A stretch of DNA of 64,000 nucleotides from contig JBLDXI010000056.1 in assembly GCA_047495785.1 (NCBI GenBank), forward strand, positions 62,001 to 126,000. The letters run 5' to 3'. The notes beneath the pieces were generated by a model, which worked only from the letters and a program-made list of their open reading frames with translations, was not told where the DNA came from and ran no database searches. The DNA comes from Lepidodermella squamata. Taxonomy: Eukaryota > Animalia > Gastrotricha. Below, piece by piece: positions 17,605-31,800 of this stretch; the stretch's first letter is position 1; every line of letters begins with the position of its first letter. The translations under genes and the position numbers were made by a program.

Positions 17605-18276
17605 ATGAACAAGATCATCCTTGTTACTCTTGTCATGGTGAGTTCAAGGCCTCGATAATGATATCTTCTTCCGTAATATCATTTTATTTAACAGGCTTTC
17701 GCCGCTGTGTTGGCTGTATCTGCAGAGGAAAACAACGGCTTTGTGGCTCGTGAGGCTGCCTACGAAGAAGAGATAGCTCGTGAGGAAAACAAGAATGCGA
17801 AATCTGGTCCTAACAGGCAAACCTCCCTGAACCCTAAAGCTGGCTCAGCAGCCAACAAGAATGTGAAATCTGGTCCTAACAGGCAAACCTCCCTGAACCC
17901 TAAAGCTGGCTCAGCAGCCAACAAGAATGCGAAATCTGGTCCTAACAGGCAAACCTCCCTGAACCCTAAAGCTGGCTCAGCAGCCAACAAGAATGCGAAA
18001 TCTGGTCCTAACAGGCAGACCTCCCTGAACCCTAAAGCTGGCTCAGCAGCCAACAAGAATGCGAAATCTGGTCCTAACAGGCAAACCTCCCTGAACCCTA
18101 AAGCTGGCTCAGCAGCCAACAAGAATGCGAAATCTGGTCCTAACAGGCAAACCTCCCTGAACCCTAAAGCTGGCTCAGCAGGCAACAAGAACAAAAGCAA
18201 CAAAACCGGCAAGAATGCGAACAAGAACCACCCCGGTCCAGTCGCACGGCATTCTTTGAGCGCAAAGTCTTTCTAA
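17605..18276 (+). CDS. Secreted cationic repeat protein precursor (~204 aa); exons 17605-17637 and 17695-18276
   Basis: MNKIILVTLVM/AFAAVLAVSA signal peptide split by a 57-nt GT-AG intron, acidic propiece, then six 22-aa Lys/Asn-rich repeats. Confidence 0.85.
17788..18183 (+). repeat. Six near-perfect 66-bp coding tandem repeats
   Basis: NKNAKSGPNRQTSLNPKAGSAA x6. Confidence 0.95.
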
Positions 18277-18697
18277 AAGGCTTGTGGAGCCGAAGTGGCT
18301 GTGAAGCTATTTATTGTGGAGCCATTCAACATTCAACCCATAGTCAGCTGCGGGATCTGGTCTGGTTTTTTTCTTGAGGTCGTAGTTAGGCACATGTCAC
18401 TCTTGAGCTTGGTGTTGGGTTATTAGAATAAATAAAAAATTGCAATTCACTCATCCGGCTTAAGTTTGGGGATCCTGACTTCCAGTTATGGATCAAACAT
18501 GGCATTGAGAATGAAATATTCGGTGGCGTTAGCTGCCATTTCACTTATGAAGACATCCAGCTATTCAGCAAGATTTTTGGCAAGATTTCTTCAAAATGCT
18601 CTTGCTAATAATTTATTTCCCGTACTCGGTACTTGGTGTAGCTAGTAATATTTAGCTATTACAATTACATTATTTCACTATCGAAGCATTAAAAAAC

Positions 18698-19312
18698 AAT
18701 TGTGTACGAGACCTAGGTGTTCAAGTGGATAGCGAGCTATCTTTCGAGACTCATTGTTGTTTACTAAAGAATAGGTGCAATAATTTGATTGGTTGTATTC
18801 TCAAATCTTTAAAAAGCAGGAATCTTCGTTTGAAATTTGAAAGCCTATAAAAACTATGTTTTACCACTACTCGACTATGCGTCCTCGGTTTATAATCCTT
18901 TCCATCTCGGGATTATTGATGATCTGGAATCAATGCAGCGAAAATGTTTAATGAAATTGTCGAATTACGAATCATCTGATTATAATTTTCTACTTGAAAA
19001 ATTTGATTTGTTGTCTCTGGAACAGCGCCGATTCACTAAAGATATTGTTTTCACTTACAAATTCTATCATAATCTTGTTGACGCTAAATTTACAGATTTA
19101 TTTACGCCTTCTAGCAACAAATATGCTCCTCTTCATCGCATTCGTCAATCTGAATGCCATTTGATAAACATCTTATGAATATTTCTTATGATAAACATCT
19201 TGTGTCGTCAGTGAGGCGCCGTAATACGTGAAAAATTATCTTTTTTTCTGTTTGCTACAATCGCAAGTGCGATAATTGCAAGTCAAATATAAAAAAAATA
19301 AATAAATAAATA
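18698..19312 (+). mobile_element. 5'-truncated non-LTR retrotransposon (LINE) remnant
   Basis: VRDLGVQVDSELSF...YKNYVLPLLDYASSVYNP...LESMQRK matches the region C-terminal to the LINE RT domain; A/(TAAA)n tail at ~19290-19312. Starts where similarity between the two duplicated secreted-protein loci ends. Confidence 0.8.
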
Positions 19313-19713
19313 GATTGCGTTTCGAAAATATTCAATTTCCCTGCTTATTTTTTCAAATGTTCAATTCCAATTGACAATGAAGAACTAAGCATTAATTCTA
19401 CCACCCACTCCCTAATTTTTGGCAAGCCAGCCTTTTTCCATAAACTGCCGGTTTGTGCAAATACGCCGGTAGTTGTATTTCAGGAATTTTATATGAATGG
19501 CAGAAAATCATACATGTGTCCCCTCGCCTCTGTCATCGAGTTATCATTCGCCAAGTGCATCGGTATGCCCGAAACACGTGAATACGCCTCGTTATACACG
19601 TGAATCGCAGTTTAAACAGTTGGCGAAGTTCGTCCGGGCGATGCCTATAAAATCGGAAGGAGGCGCTGCTCATTTTTAAGAATCATTTTCTCATTATTAA
19701 TTTTCGTTTCATC

Positions 19714-20113
19714 ATGAACAAGATCATCCTTCTTACTCTTGTAGTTGTAGGTTTCACGCCTGCATGAGCTCTCTTGCCATGATATCATTTTATTTAACAG
19801 GCTTTCGCTGCTGTGTTAGCTGTGACGGCAGAGGAAAACAACGGCTTTGTGGCTCGTGAGGCTGCCTACGAAGAAGAGGTAGCTCGTGTCAAGAAGGAAA
19901 AGAAGCCCACTGATCCTATTACGAAGGACAGCGCCAAGGGTGCAAGGAATAAGACGGCCAGCAAGGGCAAAAATCCTAACAAGCAACAAATCCTTGAACC
20001 CCAATGCCGGTTCAGCAGGCAACAAGAACAAAAGCAACAAAACCGGCAAGAATGCGAACAAGAACCACCCCGGTCCAGTCGCACGGCATTCTTTGAGCGC
20101 AAAGTCTTTCTAA
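19714..20113 (+). pseudogene. Paralogue of the secreted cationic precursor with a +1 frameshift near 19987
   Basis: Same exon structure (19714-19746, 19801 onward). The shared C-terminus (SLNPNAGSAGNKNKSNK...SAKSF) is in a different frame. The 3' flank 20114-20540 duplicates 18277-18695. Confidence 0.7.
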
Positions 20114-21189
20114 AAGGCTTCTGGAGCCGAAGTGGCTGTGAAGCTATTTATTGTGGAGCCATTCAACATTCAACCCATAGTCAGCGGCGTTGGATCTGGC
20201 ATGGTTTCTTTCTTGAGGTGGTGGTTCAGCACATTTTACTCGTGAAATTACCAACTCAGTTTTGGGTTATTGGAATAAATAGAAAATGGAATTTCACTCA
20301 TCCGGCTTAAGTTTGGGGATCCTGACTTCCAGTTATGGATCAAACATGGCATTGAGAATGAAATCTTCGGTGGCGTTAGCTGCCATTTCACTTATGAAAA
20401 CATCCAGCTATTCAGCTCGATTTTTGGCTAGATTTATTCAAAATGCTCTTGCTAATAATTTCTTCCCTGTACTCGGTACTTGGTGGTTAGTGATATTCAG
20501 GTATGATTGCATTGTTTCACAATCGAAGCATTAAAAAAGAATAGCCGATCACAGCCAAATAGCTGAAATCTGAAAATTTCTAAGTTGGATGAGTGTGGGA
20601 AATAGATTATTAGCAAGTTCAGCATTTTGAGGAGCTACGATGAGCTTACGATGAGCTGATTAGTCACATTTCTCTTATTGAAAGTTGAAAGGAAGCCCCC
20701 AATTATCCTCCCAACTGGTGGATCATAATCATCTCTGCTTTTATACGGCCTCCTGTCAGTTTGCACTTCTAGACATCAATTCATCCTTATCAAATATAGG
20801 TTTCATAAACGTTATGACTCCATCAGGCTGCAATTGTAGATTACTGTCTCTTACCAGCCAACGCACATGCTATGGCATAATTTGGAGGTCCAGTTCTATC
20901 GTTACTATGTATTCGTTTGATTTGATGCAACCTGCTCTGGTAAATTCGAAATATGTAATCAGAATAATATCACTTGCGTTCGTCATTTTAATTTTCAAAT
21001 GCGGCTAATTACAAGCCCGAAGCGCCTTCATGGCTCGCCCTTTCAATTTCGGATGTTCTATTGAATATATTTAAAAAGCAAACGCAATCATGATAACATT
21101 TTTCATGACGCAAATTGGCAAGCTGTTCAAAACGTTCAAGACTTCACATATTTTATTTAGGCTGATTTGAAGTTTTTGCCAGATTCCAT

Positions 21190-24100
21190 TCACTGAGGCC
21201 GGTATGGGTAGCATTGGCATAGGTTAGCAATTTTATCGTCGTCGCCCATCAGAAGAACGCGCGTGAAGATGCCGAAACAAGATATTGCGTCACCAGGCTT
21301 CATGATATCTCCACAGCAAGAATCTAAATCTGTGTAACCCGCTCCAAGCTGAATTGTTATTCCACCCTCAAGCCAACCAAGCAAAGCCCCGGATAAGGCA
21401 CCAACATCGTCCATCAGCATACTGCTGATCCTTGTCTCATCGTACACAGAGAACAAAACTGACAATCGGCGATTGGGTGCTGAATATTCTATGTCTACGG
21501 CATTCCACGTATTTAGTGGCATCCTCGTTTCCAGCTCAGCTACAGGTATTCCCTTTCGGCCGCGAATCTGAATGGTGCTAACACCGCCTACAGCCTTGAT
21601 CCAATTTAACGCTAGCCGGATCTCGCCAGTCGGAGACCTTGCGACAAAGATTGGCAGAACACCGTAGTACTTGCTTATAATATTAAATGTGATTTTAAAA
21701 GACCCGTCGCCGAGATTTCGCAGTGAATTCGGTATTGTAAATGACAACAGCTGTGAGTTATTAATGTTGACTGAGTAAGCGGTGGCTGGCATGCGAAAAG
21801 GTCCTTTTCTAGGGTATATTACAGCAGCAGGGTTCTCTTGAACAGCAATTTTGTTTGGCGAAATGTCATCCGTTCCTGAAGCAGAGCTGAAGTGAAAATA
21901 TACCAGCGGATTCGAGGTGGCAGGCAGAGATCCGTAAGAAACTTTTTTGCATTCTTCGCTGATTTCCGTCAAGTTTCGATCACAAGAAGGGAATCGTGTC
22001 CAGGTTCCATCTGAACGACAAGACACCGTCGAAGGCCCAACAAGTCTCGAATCTTGCTTGCAATTTACGGTCAGTTGAGTGCCTGTGGGGTTAGAAGCCG
22101 ATGTTGGATCTATATAGATGATACCAAATGAACGCTCTGAAGCATCCAACACTCTCCCAACTTTGACTGTTCCGTCTTCTACTAGCGGGGGGTTGGGGCA
22201 ACCTGTCAGCCGGACACACGTTCCGATTTTTTCCGGGTATAATGTACCATCGGTGCTGCAAATTGATGATTGCGACCGCATTCGGTTCTCGCGGGTATAA
22301 TCTATACCGTAGCCCTCGTCACATATAAGCTGAATGGACTCGCCATAAGCAATCGAATTACCAGCAGGACGATCGAAAGCTGTCCTGAATCTTCCATTTG
22401 GACCCGGTGATGGTACGGCACACTGGAAAAATACTATTTCACGGAAGTATGGCATGTAAGAAATCTTACTGTTGTATCTGGATCCTCGTTTTTGAACCCC
22501 TCGCCATATCGGCGGTCCGTTGCACCGTCCGCCGTCGCGCGAACCAATCCAGTCATCGAACGAACCCAGTTGATGAACTGGCACAGCCGACTAAACACAA
22601 AAGCGTTTGTACAATTCGATGATCCAGCTGAAAGCATTCCAATGAGTCGAGTTCTGTTATTCGCAGTGGATCGGCACATCAAAGCCGCGCCCGCTTCCAA
22701 TCCACAATCTCGGTTAAGGCGAGGCTTAGCGCAAATTTGGCCATCGGTGATATTTAGCCTTCGAGATCCAGCACGCCCACACTCATTTGCTGACAAAATG
22801 TTCAGTTGTAATGATTTCAGCGAATTCTTATTTGACCCTATCGCATTCCACCAACCAGCTGATGTAACGGAGGAGCAAGAATCAATGGTCGCTGATGTCC
22901 TGCTGAACTCTGCGTTGCATAATTCACCATCATCTGGCAGGCATATTGGACGCAAGTTATCTTTGAAGGCAACTGGAGGATCAAGGCGAACGATCGATAC
23001 GTCTGGGATCTCATCGTAGGAGTAGTAAGTTATCGCTGACCTAACGTAGTCTGGATTCGTGTCTTCCTCAGGTTTTGATGATGTGAAATTCGTCTCACCC
23101 ATGTATATTGATATCCTGTGGAAATTATTTAAACTGCAGACCACAGTAAATTAGCTAAAATGTTTACTGTTTTATTGTCTGGTTCCGGCCGAAACACTGC
23201 GTGGAAGTTAGGATCCAATCAGCAGAAATAATGGTACCACTGCACCAGGTTGAAGGGCCCCTTTCGAAATCAACCCAAAGCCTTGCCATCCAAGGATAGT
23301 CTTCAATCTTCGTGGAGTTGATGGTCCCATTAGAAAGCGGTGGCCAGCCACATTCGTTTTTATTTGTCTCCGGTTTCGGCTTGATCTTTAAACCAGTAGT
23401 TTCCCGAATCCAGTCCGTCACTTTACAGATTCGACTGTAGATCGCTGGGTTGCCCTTTATTCCGCAAATATCGCCATGAGACACCACTCCGATAACATGC
23501 GTTCTATTGTCAACCTTGTTTTTGCACATCAAAGGCCCGCCGGAATCGCCACCACAGGTGTCTTGATCTGGCCATTCACTGCCCGCACACAGCTGAACGT
23601 CAGTGACATTCCTTCTGAACCCATTTCTGGCCAATGAAGCCATGGAACAGGCCTCCTGGGAGTACATGTCCAAATCGATGGATTTTAGAGATAGGGAGGC
23701 ATAGTTAAAAGACGCAGCGCCTGATACAGTGCTGTCAGTTAAACCCCATCCGGCCGATGAAACAGCTGAGCATGAATCGACAATCGATGACATAATATCG
23801 ACGTTTTTATCGCACATATCACTTTCATCGGGTAAGCAGATGGGCCGAATAGTTTTTTTGAAAGTCAGTGGGGGATCGAGTTTGATCAGGGCGAAGTCGT
23901 AGAACAGAGTTGGGGCTTCTGCGGCGCTGACATAGGACGGGTGAATTATCCAATTCGTCGAAGCTCGGACATTATCAGGAAAAGGATCTTCTTCGTACCC
24001 AAAGAGCTGCTTAAACTTTGTCAGGCCAATGTACATCGTAACGCTGAAATGGACAAATGGGAGTTAACGACGCTATGAGGTTCATGCAAACTGCAACAGG

Positions 24101-24844
24101 TAATAATATTTTCACAATTGACGAGAGAATGCACGAAATTACCAATGATGCTCCAACTGCTTTCGAGAAAAATGGTTTGAATCCTTACTTTATAGGCTTT
24201 CTCCATTCTTCCAAGCAGTGGGCTGCTGTCAGGATCCAGTCGGGCGATATCACGCTTCCACCACACATTTCCTTCTGATCTTGAGTCTCGACAGTAATTA
24301 GCAGTTTAGCCATCCACGGATAGTCTTCGATCCTTGAAAATCGACCTCCCACAATTTGATCTTTCGGCGCCGCTGAATCAAACGATTTCTGGTTCGGCTT
24401 AGGGGGATTTCCGCACTGGCTGTAGTCATTATTTGCTGATATTGTCTCGTCTTCGATCGCGAGGCTAGGTGCCGATCGCTTCGGTGCTACTATGACTCGG
24501 CACTGGCCAAATTTCGGCTGGCTCCATTGGCCATTTGCCTGACATGTGACTGATAAACTTGTGCCCTCGGCTGAGTTATCGATGAAAAGCCTCGAGCCAG
24601 GGTTGCAGTAGAGCTTGACCGTTTCGCCTCGCCTAACCCACGTCGAGTCAAGAGGTTTTCCATTTTTCAGGTAAAACGAGTTGCCAATCACAGGTATCGT
24701 ACATTGTTCCTAATTTCGTTGAAGCATTAAATAATGCTTATCTTCTGGGGTGATAATTACCGTTGAAGCCTGCTGACTTGCAACTAAAGTGCTGGTAAAA
24801 CCTAAGAGCAGCACTATCGCTGCCGAGATACTTCTTCGCCTCAT
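21190..24844 (-). CDS. Secreted mosaic serine protease A: signal, CCP, active trypsin, inactive trypsin-like, 2xCCP, LamG/ConA-like; multi-exon
   Basis: Signal exon MRRRSISAAIVLLLG at 24844; IVGG, TAAHC, YDFAL, GDSGGP; second domain TSTQC / LEAGAA lacks His and Ser; sushi C...W...C patterns; short GT-AG introns link the ORF-track pieces. Confidence 0.88.
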
Positions 24845-25642
24845 AAAAATGAAGTCATGTATATGCATTGGCATAGCGTGTAGAAGTGATGAAGTGAAAC
24901 CATTTGAAGAAGGTTCAACATCATGTTTATTAGAAACGGCAACAATGGGTAAACGCCTCCGCCATACTCTCTAATGTACTCCTTTTTACCGATTTGACGC
25001 GGATTAGGGCGTAAATGGACATTAAATTTGCAGCGGAACAATTTCAACTATGCTCAGAAATGATCTGGACAAATTTCGAAGCAATTTTCAGCAAAATCCC
25101 AGGTTTTTTCGATGGGTTTCTCTCGATTCTGTCCCTAAGTGATATTCTTAGATTGAGCTATGTTTTTCAAGCACTAACTAAAACGTGATGGTGCCTTGGC
25201 GTAGAAAGAATAAATAAAGAATAGCAGTTAGTACCAATCCGTGTTATTATTTTCTGAAAACAAGAAAATCGCACATCTCTCTTATCGCCATTGTCGCCGG
25301 TGTAAATCACAATTTACCAAGATAATGTTAGAATGATGTGTTGATTTGCAACGTTTCGAACGATTCGGGCGAGAAACTTCTAATTTTTCCTTCTCAGTAT
25401 CCAATATTAAATTAGCATTTAAATGCAGGAAGCTTCTAAGACTCTCTATAATGGGCTTACTCAATCGAGTTTTCATTAAATGATTGAGTTGAGCGACCCA
25501 GAGTAGAAAAAAGAAGACATCATTGATGATTCATTGGTGCTTGATGATGAGTTTGCTCACAATGAATCCAGCACGACATTTGACGTCAAGTGTATAGCTC
25601 TATTTGAGTTATCAGGCTGCCATTTAACCAACTCCAGTCACG

Positions 25643-28465
25643 ATGATATACGTCTTTCTCGTGCTTCATGTTTTAACACTCCTCAACAGCAGAGTTAGCA
25701 GCCAGATAGTAAAAAAGGTACGATAATATAAACTTCGCCTAAATTACTCATGATCGCCCCTTTAGGAGCAATGCACCATCCCAGCCATAGCCAATGCTTA
25801 CTACTTATCAGGAGGACGTCCTGTAAATTCCACCCGAGTTAACCCAGGCGTGTCGGTCACGCTCTATTGCAACACGGGCACAAGACTTTTCATCGACAAC
25901 GCTCCAGAGGGTTCAAGTATCACTGTTACTTGCTTAAGCAGTGGTCGCTGGAATCTACCAAAATTTGGCCAGTGCAACCCAGTGGTGGCAAAATTATCCC
26001 AGTCTGCCCCAAGCCTCTTGATTGAAGATGAAATGCCAATAACTCAAGAAGAGTACGCCGAATGTGGCGGGTTGCCTACACCTTCCGAGCTAGCCAGTAT
26101 CAAAGCTCGTAACTCAGGGCGGTCTAGCATAAGCATTAAGCCTAAAAGTCAGATCGTGGGCGGAGAAATGGCGAGTGTTGAGGACTACCCATGGATGGCC
26201 AAATTGTTGATCGCTTTTGAGGGCGAGGAGCAGCCATCACTTTGTGGAGGCAATGTAATCTCTGCAGATTGGCTTCTTACAGCGGCTCATTGCTTCGACC
26301 GCATTCGGCGAGTTATCAAGTAAGCTAACATGATATGTGTTCACATAAACTGTGGCTTTTTCAACAGCATCACCATGTACATGGGTCAGACAACTTTCAC
26401 TTCAAATGGATATGAAAGAAATCCTAACCCAGCCAATACCCGGACTTCGACAACGTACTTCATCCACCCGAACTATGTAAACTTGACAACAGCCTCAACG
26501 CAGCACTACGATTTCGCTTTGATCAGGCTTGTACCTCCAATGGTTTTTAAGAAAAATATCCGCCCAATCTGCCTGCCAGACGATAGCGACCTCTGCGACA
26601 TAGTATACAACAAAACATCATCAGTAATCGATACTTGTTCAGAGGTTTCGTCAGCTGGCTGGGGCTTGACAGATTCCAGTCAAGGCTGGGCAGCGACTAT
26701 GAACGCTACCTCGAAAACTCTTAAATCAGTGGGTTTGAAAATCTACTCCCAGGAAGAGTGCGAGCAAGCTTCGATACGCAGGAATGATTTCGCGCGTAAC
26801 GTCACTGATGTTCAGATTTGCGCTGGCCGAAGTGAGGCGGATCAAGATACGTGCCGTGGCGACTCTGGCGGGCCGCTGATGTGCAAATCCAAGGGCGATA
26901 ACAAAACGCATGTCATTGGACTGGTTTCGGTCGGAGACGGTTGCGGGATTGCGGATATGCCGGCGATTTACAGCCGCGTTTGCAAGGGCATTCAATGGAT
27001 AAGGGAGATCTTGTTAACTTATGATACAGACGAGACAACTTCATCTAGTAAAGCTCCTCCGGCTTACGGATTACCGGCCTATGGATCACCGGCAGCCGCA
27101 AGCCAACCTACTCCGTCTGCTAGATCTTCGTTCGAATTCCCAAAAGTTCTGAGCTTTGAACCGGAGAGTGACAGCAGCAAGGATTCTTCAAAAGAGGTCG
27201 GCAAAAATATATTGACCTGAAAATTAGCTGACCGTTTTCTTTTCGAAAAAATTCAGTGTACGATACCAGCAGCTGGACCGAATGGCAATTACACCATCGC
27301 ATCAGCATCGTCTGGTCTGGAGACCAAAATACCTTACGGTCAATCCATTCAACTCAATTGCAATCCCGGTTTCGCCATACAGTACGCTTCAGGAAATGAA
27401 ATGCGAACTGATTTGGCTGTGTGCAATGATGACTCTAGCTTCTACCCCTGGCCCATAGGAACCTGCGCGCGAGCATCTAATTGCCCGCCATTGCCAGCGA
27501 ATTTTCTCGAAAATGGTAAATTACTAGAAACCAGAAATTCGACGTCCCCTCCTGGCAATCGAGTATCCGTGACCTGCAACTTGGGCTATCGACTCAATGG
27601 ACTCAGTGCAATCGAATGCCTGAGCAATGGGACATGGTCTGCTTTAGGAAGATGTATTCAAATATCATCGCTTCCAGCCATCGGATCTCCTTTTACAAAC
27701 AATTCGATGCTAAGCTGTCCCAATTCAGCCAATCTTACTCTACCAAAAATGAGCCAACTTCTCGGCTATTGGCCTATGGATTCGTTCTCGCGACTTGATG
27801 ATATTTCGGCTAGTTCAGTGCCAATAATTTCCGGTTCCAACGTAGGACTCTACACTGGTAAAGGGCCGTTTCAGAAGGACGCAAGTGCCTTTACGGTTAC
27901 GACGAACGGAACAAGTTTGGCAAGTATCGTCCTTCAGGTTGTACGAAGTGGTTCCTTTTCCATCACTTTCGCAGTATTGAGTGCTTCCACGAAAACCTTC
28001 CCGATTCTGCTGGCTACAAACGGCACTGAAACTCGGCTGGCGATAACATGGGTAAAGCCTTCGAACGGCGGCAACACCCTTGAGATTCGAGGCCGCCGTG
28101 GCATAACTGTTGGAAGGGTTCTAGACGGCTTGATATTCAACAAATGGAACTATGTCTCAGTGGCTTACGATCAAGTTGATGAGATTCTTGACGTTAGAAT
28201 CACGTCAGAAAGTGGAACGACAAAATCTGCAGCTTTCCCACTTGTAGATCCTGCTGATAAACTGGAAAAGTGGATTGCGGTCGATAGCAGAGTGATTTTA
28301 GGCCGTGGATATACAAATACAACGTCTTGTTGTTCAGACGGCATGACAACTGGGGATGCATTGGCATGCTTCAGCATTTATACTACGCCATTGAGAATCG
28401 CGGATATAAACCAAATTCATAACTTTTGCAAATGCCGTAATAGCAGGATTAGCTATTTTATCTGA
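25643..28465 (+). CDS. Secreted mosaic serine protease B: signal, CCP, trypsin, Ser/Pro linker, 2xCCP, LamG/ConA-like; multi-exon
   Basis: MIYVFLVLHVLTLL signal exon; IVGG, TAAHC, YDFAL, GDSGGP; C-terminal domain homologous to that of genes A and C; only one protease domain. Confidence 0.88.
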
Positions 28466-28871
28466 ATTCGACTTGCATGTGTACTTTCGTTCTTGTCCAG
28501 ATGCTGAGAATATTTCCTGAAATCATGTGTGCCATCAATTCAAGTGTTTCCTTTGGAGCTACGTTCCTTATCAATTAATCAACCCGGTGATTTTCTTAAA
28601 TAAATCGCTTTAGATTCAAGATCTTCGTTTTCTTCTTGCCAATGCTTTTAAATTAAGGCACTTGGCACATGTCATTCTTTTCATGCGTATGTTTTATCAA
28701 TATTTAGAAGTGGAGAGGGAGGAAAAGGAGAGGAAAAAAGCGTATTATTTGCTCGACGAGCGAGAGAAAATATACTCCCTCTTTACTTTATTGTGCTTCA
28801 ATGATTATTGTCCAAGTAATTAGTTCATGAGTCTGAAATTTTTCAGGATTTCAGCCAAAATGAATGATTCT

Positions 28872-31800
28872 CTAGGGTCTATACGGGTAGCATTTGCAGA
28901 AATTGTCAACTTTCTCTTCGTCGCCCATCAGAAAAACCCGCGTGAAAATGCCGAAACAAGATATTGCATCGCCCGGTTTCATGCCATCCCCGCAACAAGA
29001 ATCCAAGTCTGTGTAACCCGTTCCAAGTTGAATTGTCACCCCGCTCTCAAGCCAACCGTTCAAAGCCCCAGCCAATGCGCCGACATCATCGAACATCATC
29101 CCGCCCCTTCGCGTTTCATCGTTTACACGGTAAAAAAAAGTCAAACGGCGATTAGGCTTGGAATATTGGATCTTCACATCATTCCAGGTGTTGAGGGGTA
29201 GTTCCAACTCAACCTCGGCAACAGGAATTCCTTTTCGACCGCGAATCTGAATGTTGCTAACTTCGCCCACAGCTTTTATCCAATTTAAAGCGAAGCGGAT
29301 CTCGCCAGTCGGCGACCTTGCGACAAAAATAGGCAGGACGCCGTAGTATTTGCTTAAAACACTGAATGTGATGGCAAACGACCCGTCGCCAATATTTTGC
29401 AGTGAATTCGGTATCGTAAATGACAATATTTTGGAATTGTTGGTGTTGACGGAATAAGCGGTGGCTGGCATGCGAAACCGTCCTTTTCTAGAGTATATAA
29501 CAGCAGCAGGGCTTTCTTGTACTGGAATTTTGTTCGGTGACAAATCTCTCGTTCCAGATGCTGCGCTGAGGTGAAAATATGCCAGTGGATTTGAGGTGGC
29601 AGGCAATGATCCGTAGGAAATTTTTTTGCAGTCTTCGCTGATTTCCGTCAAATTTCGATCACACGACGGGAATCGTGTCCAGGTTCCATCTGAACGACAA
29701 GTCACCGTCGAAGGTCCCACAAGTCTCGTACCTTGCTGGCATGTTACATACAATCGAGTGCCTTCAGGGCTTGAGGCAAATGTTCTTTGTGTAAAGATAG
29801 CAGCCCCAGCTACGAACGGAAGCTCTGGAAGGTCCGACTCATATCGAGCTTGGATTTTCCCGTCCTCTATTTCTGGGGCGTCGGGGCAACCTGTCAGTCG
29901 AACGCATGTGCCGATTTTTTCAGGATATATTGTACCATCATAGTTACAGATCGAGGATTGCGTTCGCATGCGGTTTTCGAAAGAATAATCAAGAACGTAG
30001 CCTTCATCGCATACAAGTTGGGCCGATTCACCATAAGTTATCGAGGTTCCAGCCGGACGATCGTAAGCTTTCCTAAAACTGCCATTGGGTCCCGCTGATG
30101 GCAGCGAACACTACAGCAAACGAATGAATATTATACAAAATCAATTGCTGAGTGATTAAATCGAATTCCTACCGTTGTATTTGACGCTTCAGCTTTGAAT
30201 CCCTCGCCGTAAGGACGATCGTCTGGCTCGCCCGGTATTGCGCGAACCAATCCAGTCATGTAACGAACCCAGTTGATAAACTTGCACAGCCGACTGAAAA
30301 CAAAAGCATTCGCACAATTGGATGATCCGGTTGACAGCATTCCAATCAGACGAGTTCTATTATTCGCAGTAGATCGGCACATTAACGCCCCGCCTGCTTC
30401 CAAGCCACAATCTCGGTTGAAACGAGGCTTAGCGCAAATTTGACCATCCGTAATATTCAGCCTTCGAGATCCAGCACGCTCGCACTCGCTTGCTGACAAA
30501 ATTTTCAGCTGCAATGACTTCAGCGAATTCGTGTTAGATCCCATAGCATTCCACCAACCAGCTGATGTAACTGAAGAGCAAGAATCGATCGTCGCTGATG
30601 TCCTATTGACCTCTGCGTTGCATAATTCACCGTCATCTGGCAGGCATATTGGGCGCATACTTGGACTGAATATGACTGGAGGATCCAGGCGAACGATTGA
30701 GACATCAGATTCCTCGGCGAAGTCGTAGTAAGTTGTCGCTGATCTAACGAAATCAGATTTGATGTCTGACTCGGACATCGACGAACTGATATTTGTCTGG
30801 CCCAGGTAGATCGTTATCCTGGAAATGATTGCGGCTGAAATCGTGTAGTGAAGTGCAATTTGACTTACTCTTTTATCGTCTGGTTCCGGCCGAAACACTG
30901 CGTTGAAGTGATGATCCAATCGGCAGAAATGATGGTACCACTGCACCATGTAGGTGCCCCCCTTTCAAATTCAACCCAAAGCCTTGCCATCCATGGGTAG
31001 TCTTCAACCTTTGTGGAGCTATTGGTTCCATTAGAAAGCGGTGGCCACCCACACTCGTTATAGTTCGTCTCCTGTCTCGGCTTGATCTTCAAACCAGTAG
31101 TTTCACGGATCCAGTCCGTCACTTTACAGATTCGACTGTAGATCGCTGGATTACCCGCTTGGCCACAAATATCGCCATAAGACACCAATCCGATCACATG
31201 CGTCCTGTTATCTATCTTGCTTTTACACATCAAAGGCCCGCCCGAATCGCCAGGGCACGTGTCTTGATCTGGCCATTCACTGCCAGCACAGACTTGAACA
31301 TCAGTGACATTCCTTTTAAATCCGTTTCTTGCAACTGAAGCCAAGGCGCAAGCTTCTTGGGAGAAAATGTCTAAATCTACGGATTTTAGCGACAGAGAGG
31401 CGACATTGTATCTTTCTTCGCTTGCCATGCTGCTGTTAGTCAAGCCCCAGCCGCCTGATGACACTTTGGAGCATGAATCGACAATCGATGACAAAATATC
31501 GACATTTTTATCGCACATTTCACTTTCATCCGGTAAGCAGATAGGCCGAATAGTTTTTTTGAAAGTAACTGGGGGATCAAGTTTGATGAGAGCGAAGTCG
31601 TAGAACAGAGTTGAAGCCAATGTGGAATCGACGTATAACGGGTGAGTGATCCATTTAGTTGCCACTCGGACGTTGTCAGGTAACGGGTTTTCTTCATATC
31701 CGAAATAGCTCTTGAACGTGGTCTGACCCAAGTACATCGTGACACTTCAATGAAATTAAACATTCAATTCAGTCTAGTTTCACTAGGTTTGATCGAGATC

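Noticed and set aside
17760-18224. 154-aa repetitive minus-strand ORF
   Set aside because: Antisense reading of the 66-bp coding repeats; it stays open only because the repeat unit lacks a stop.
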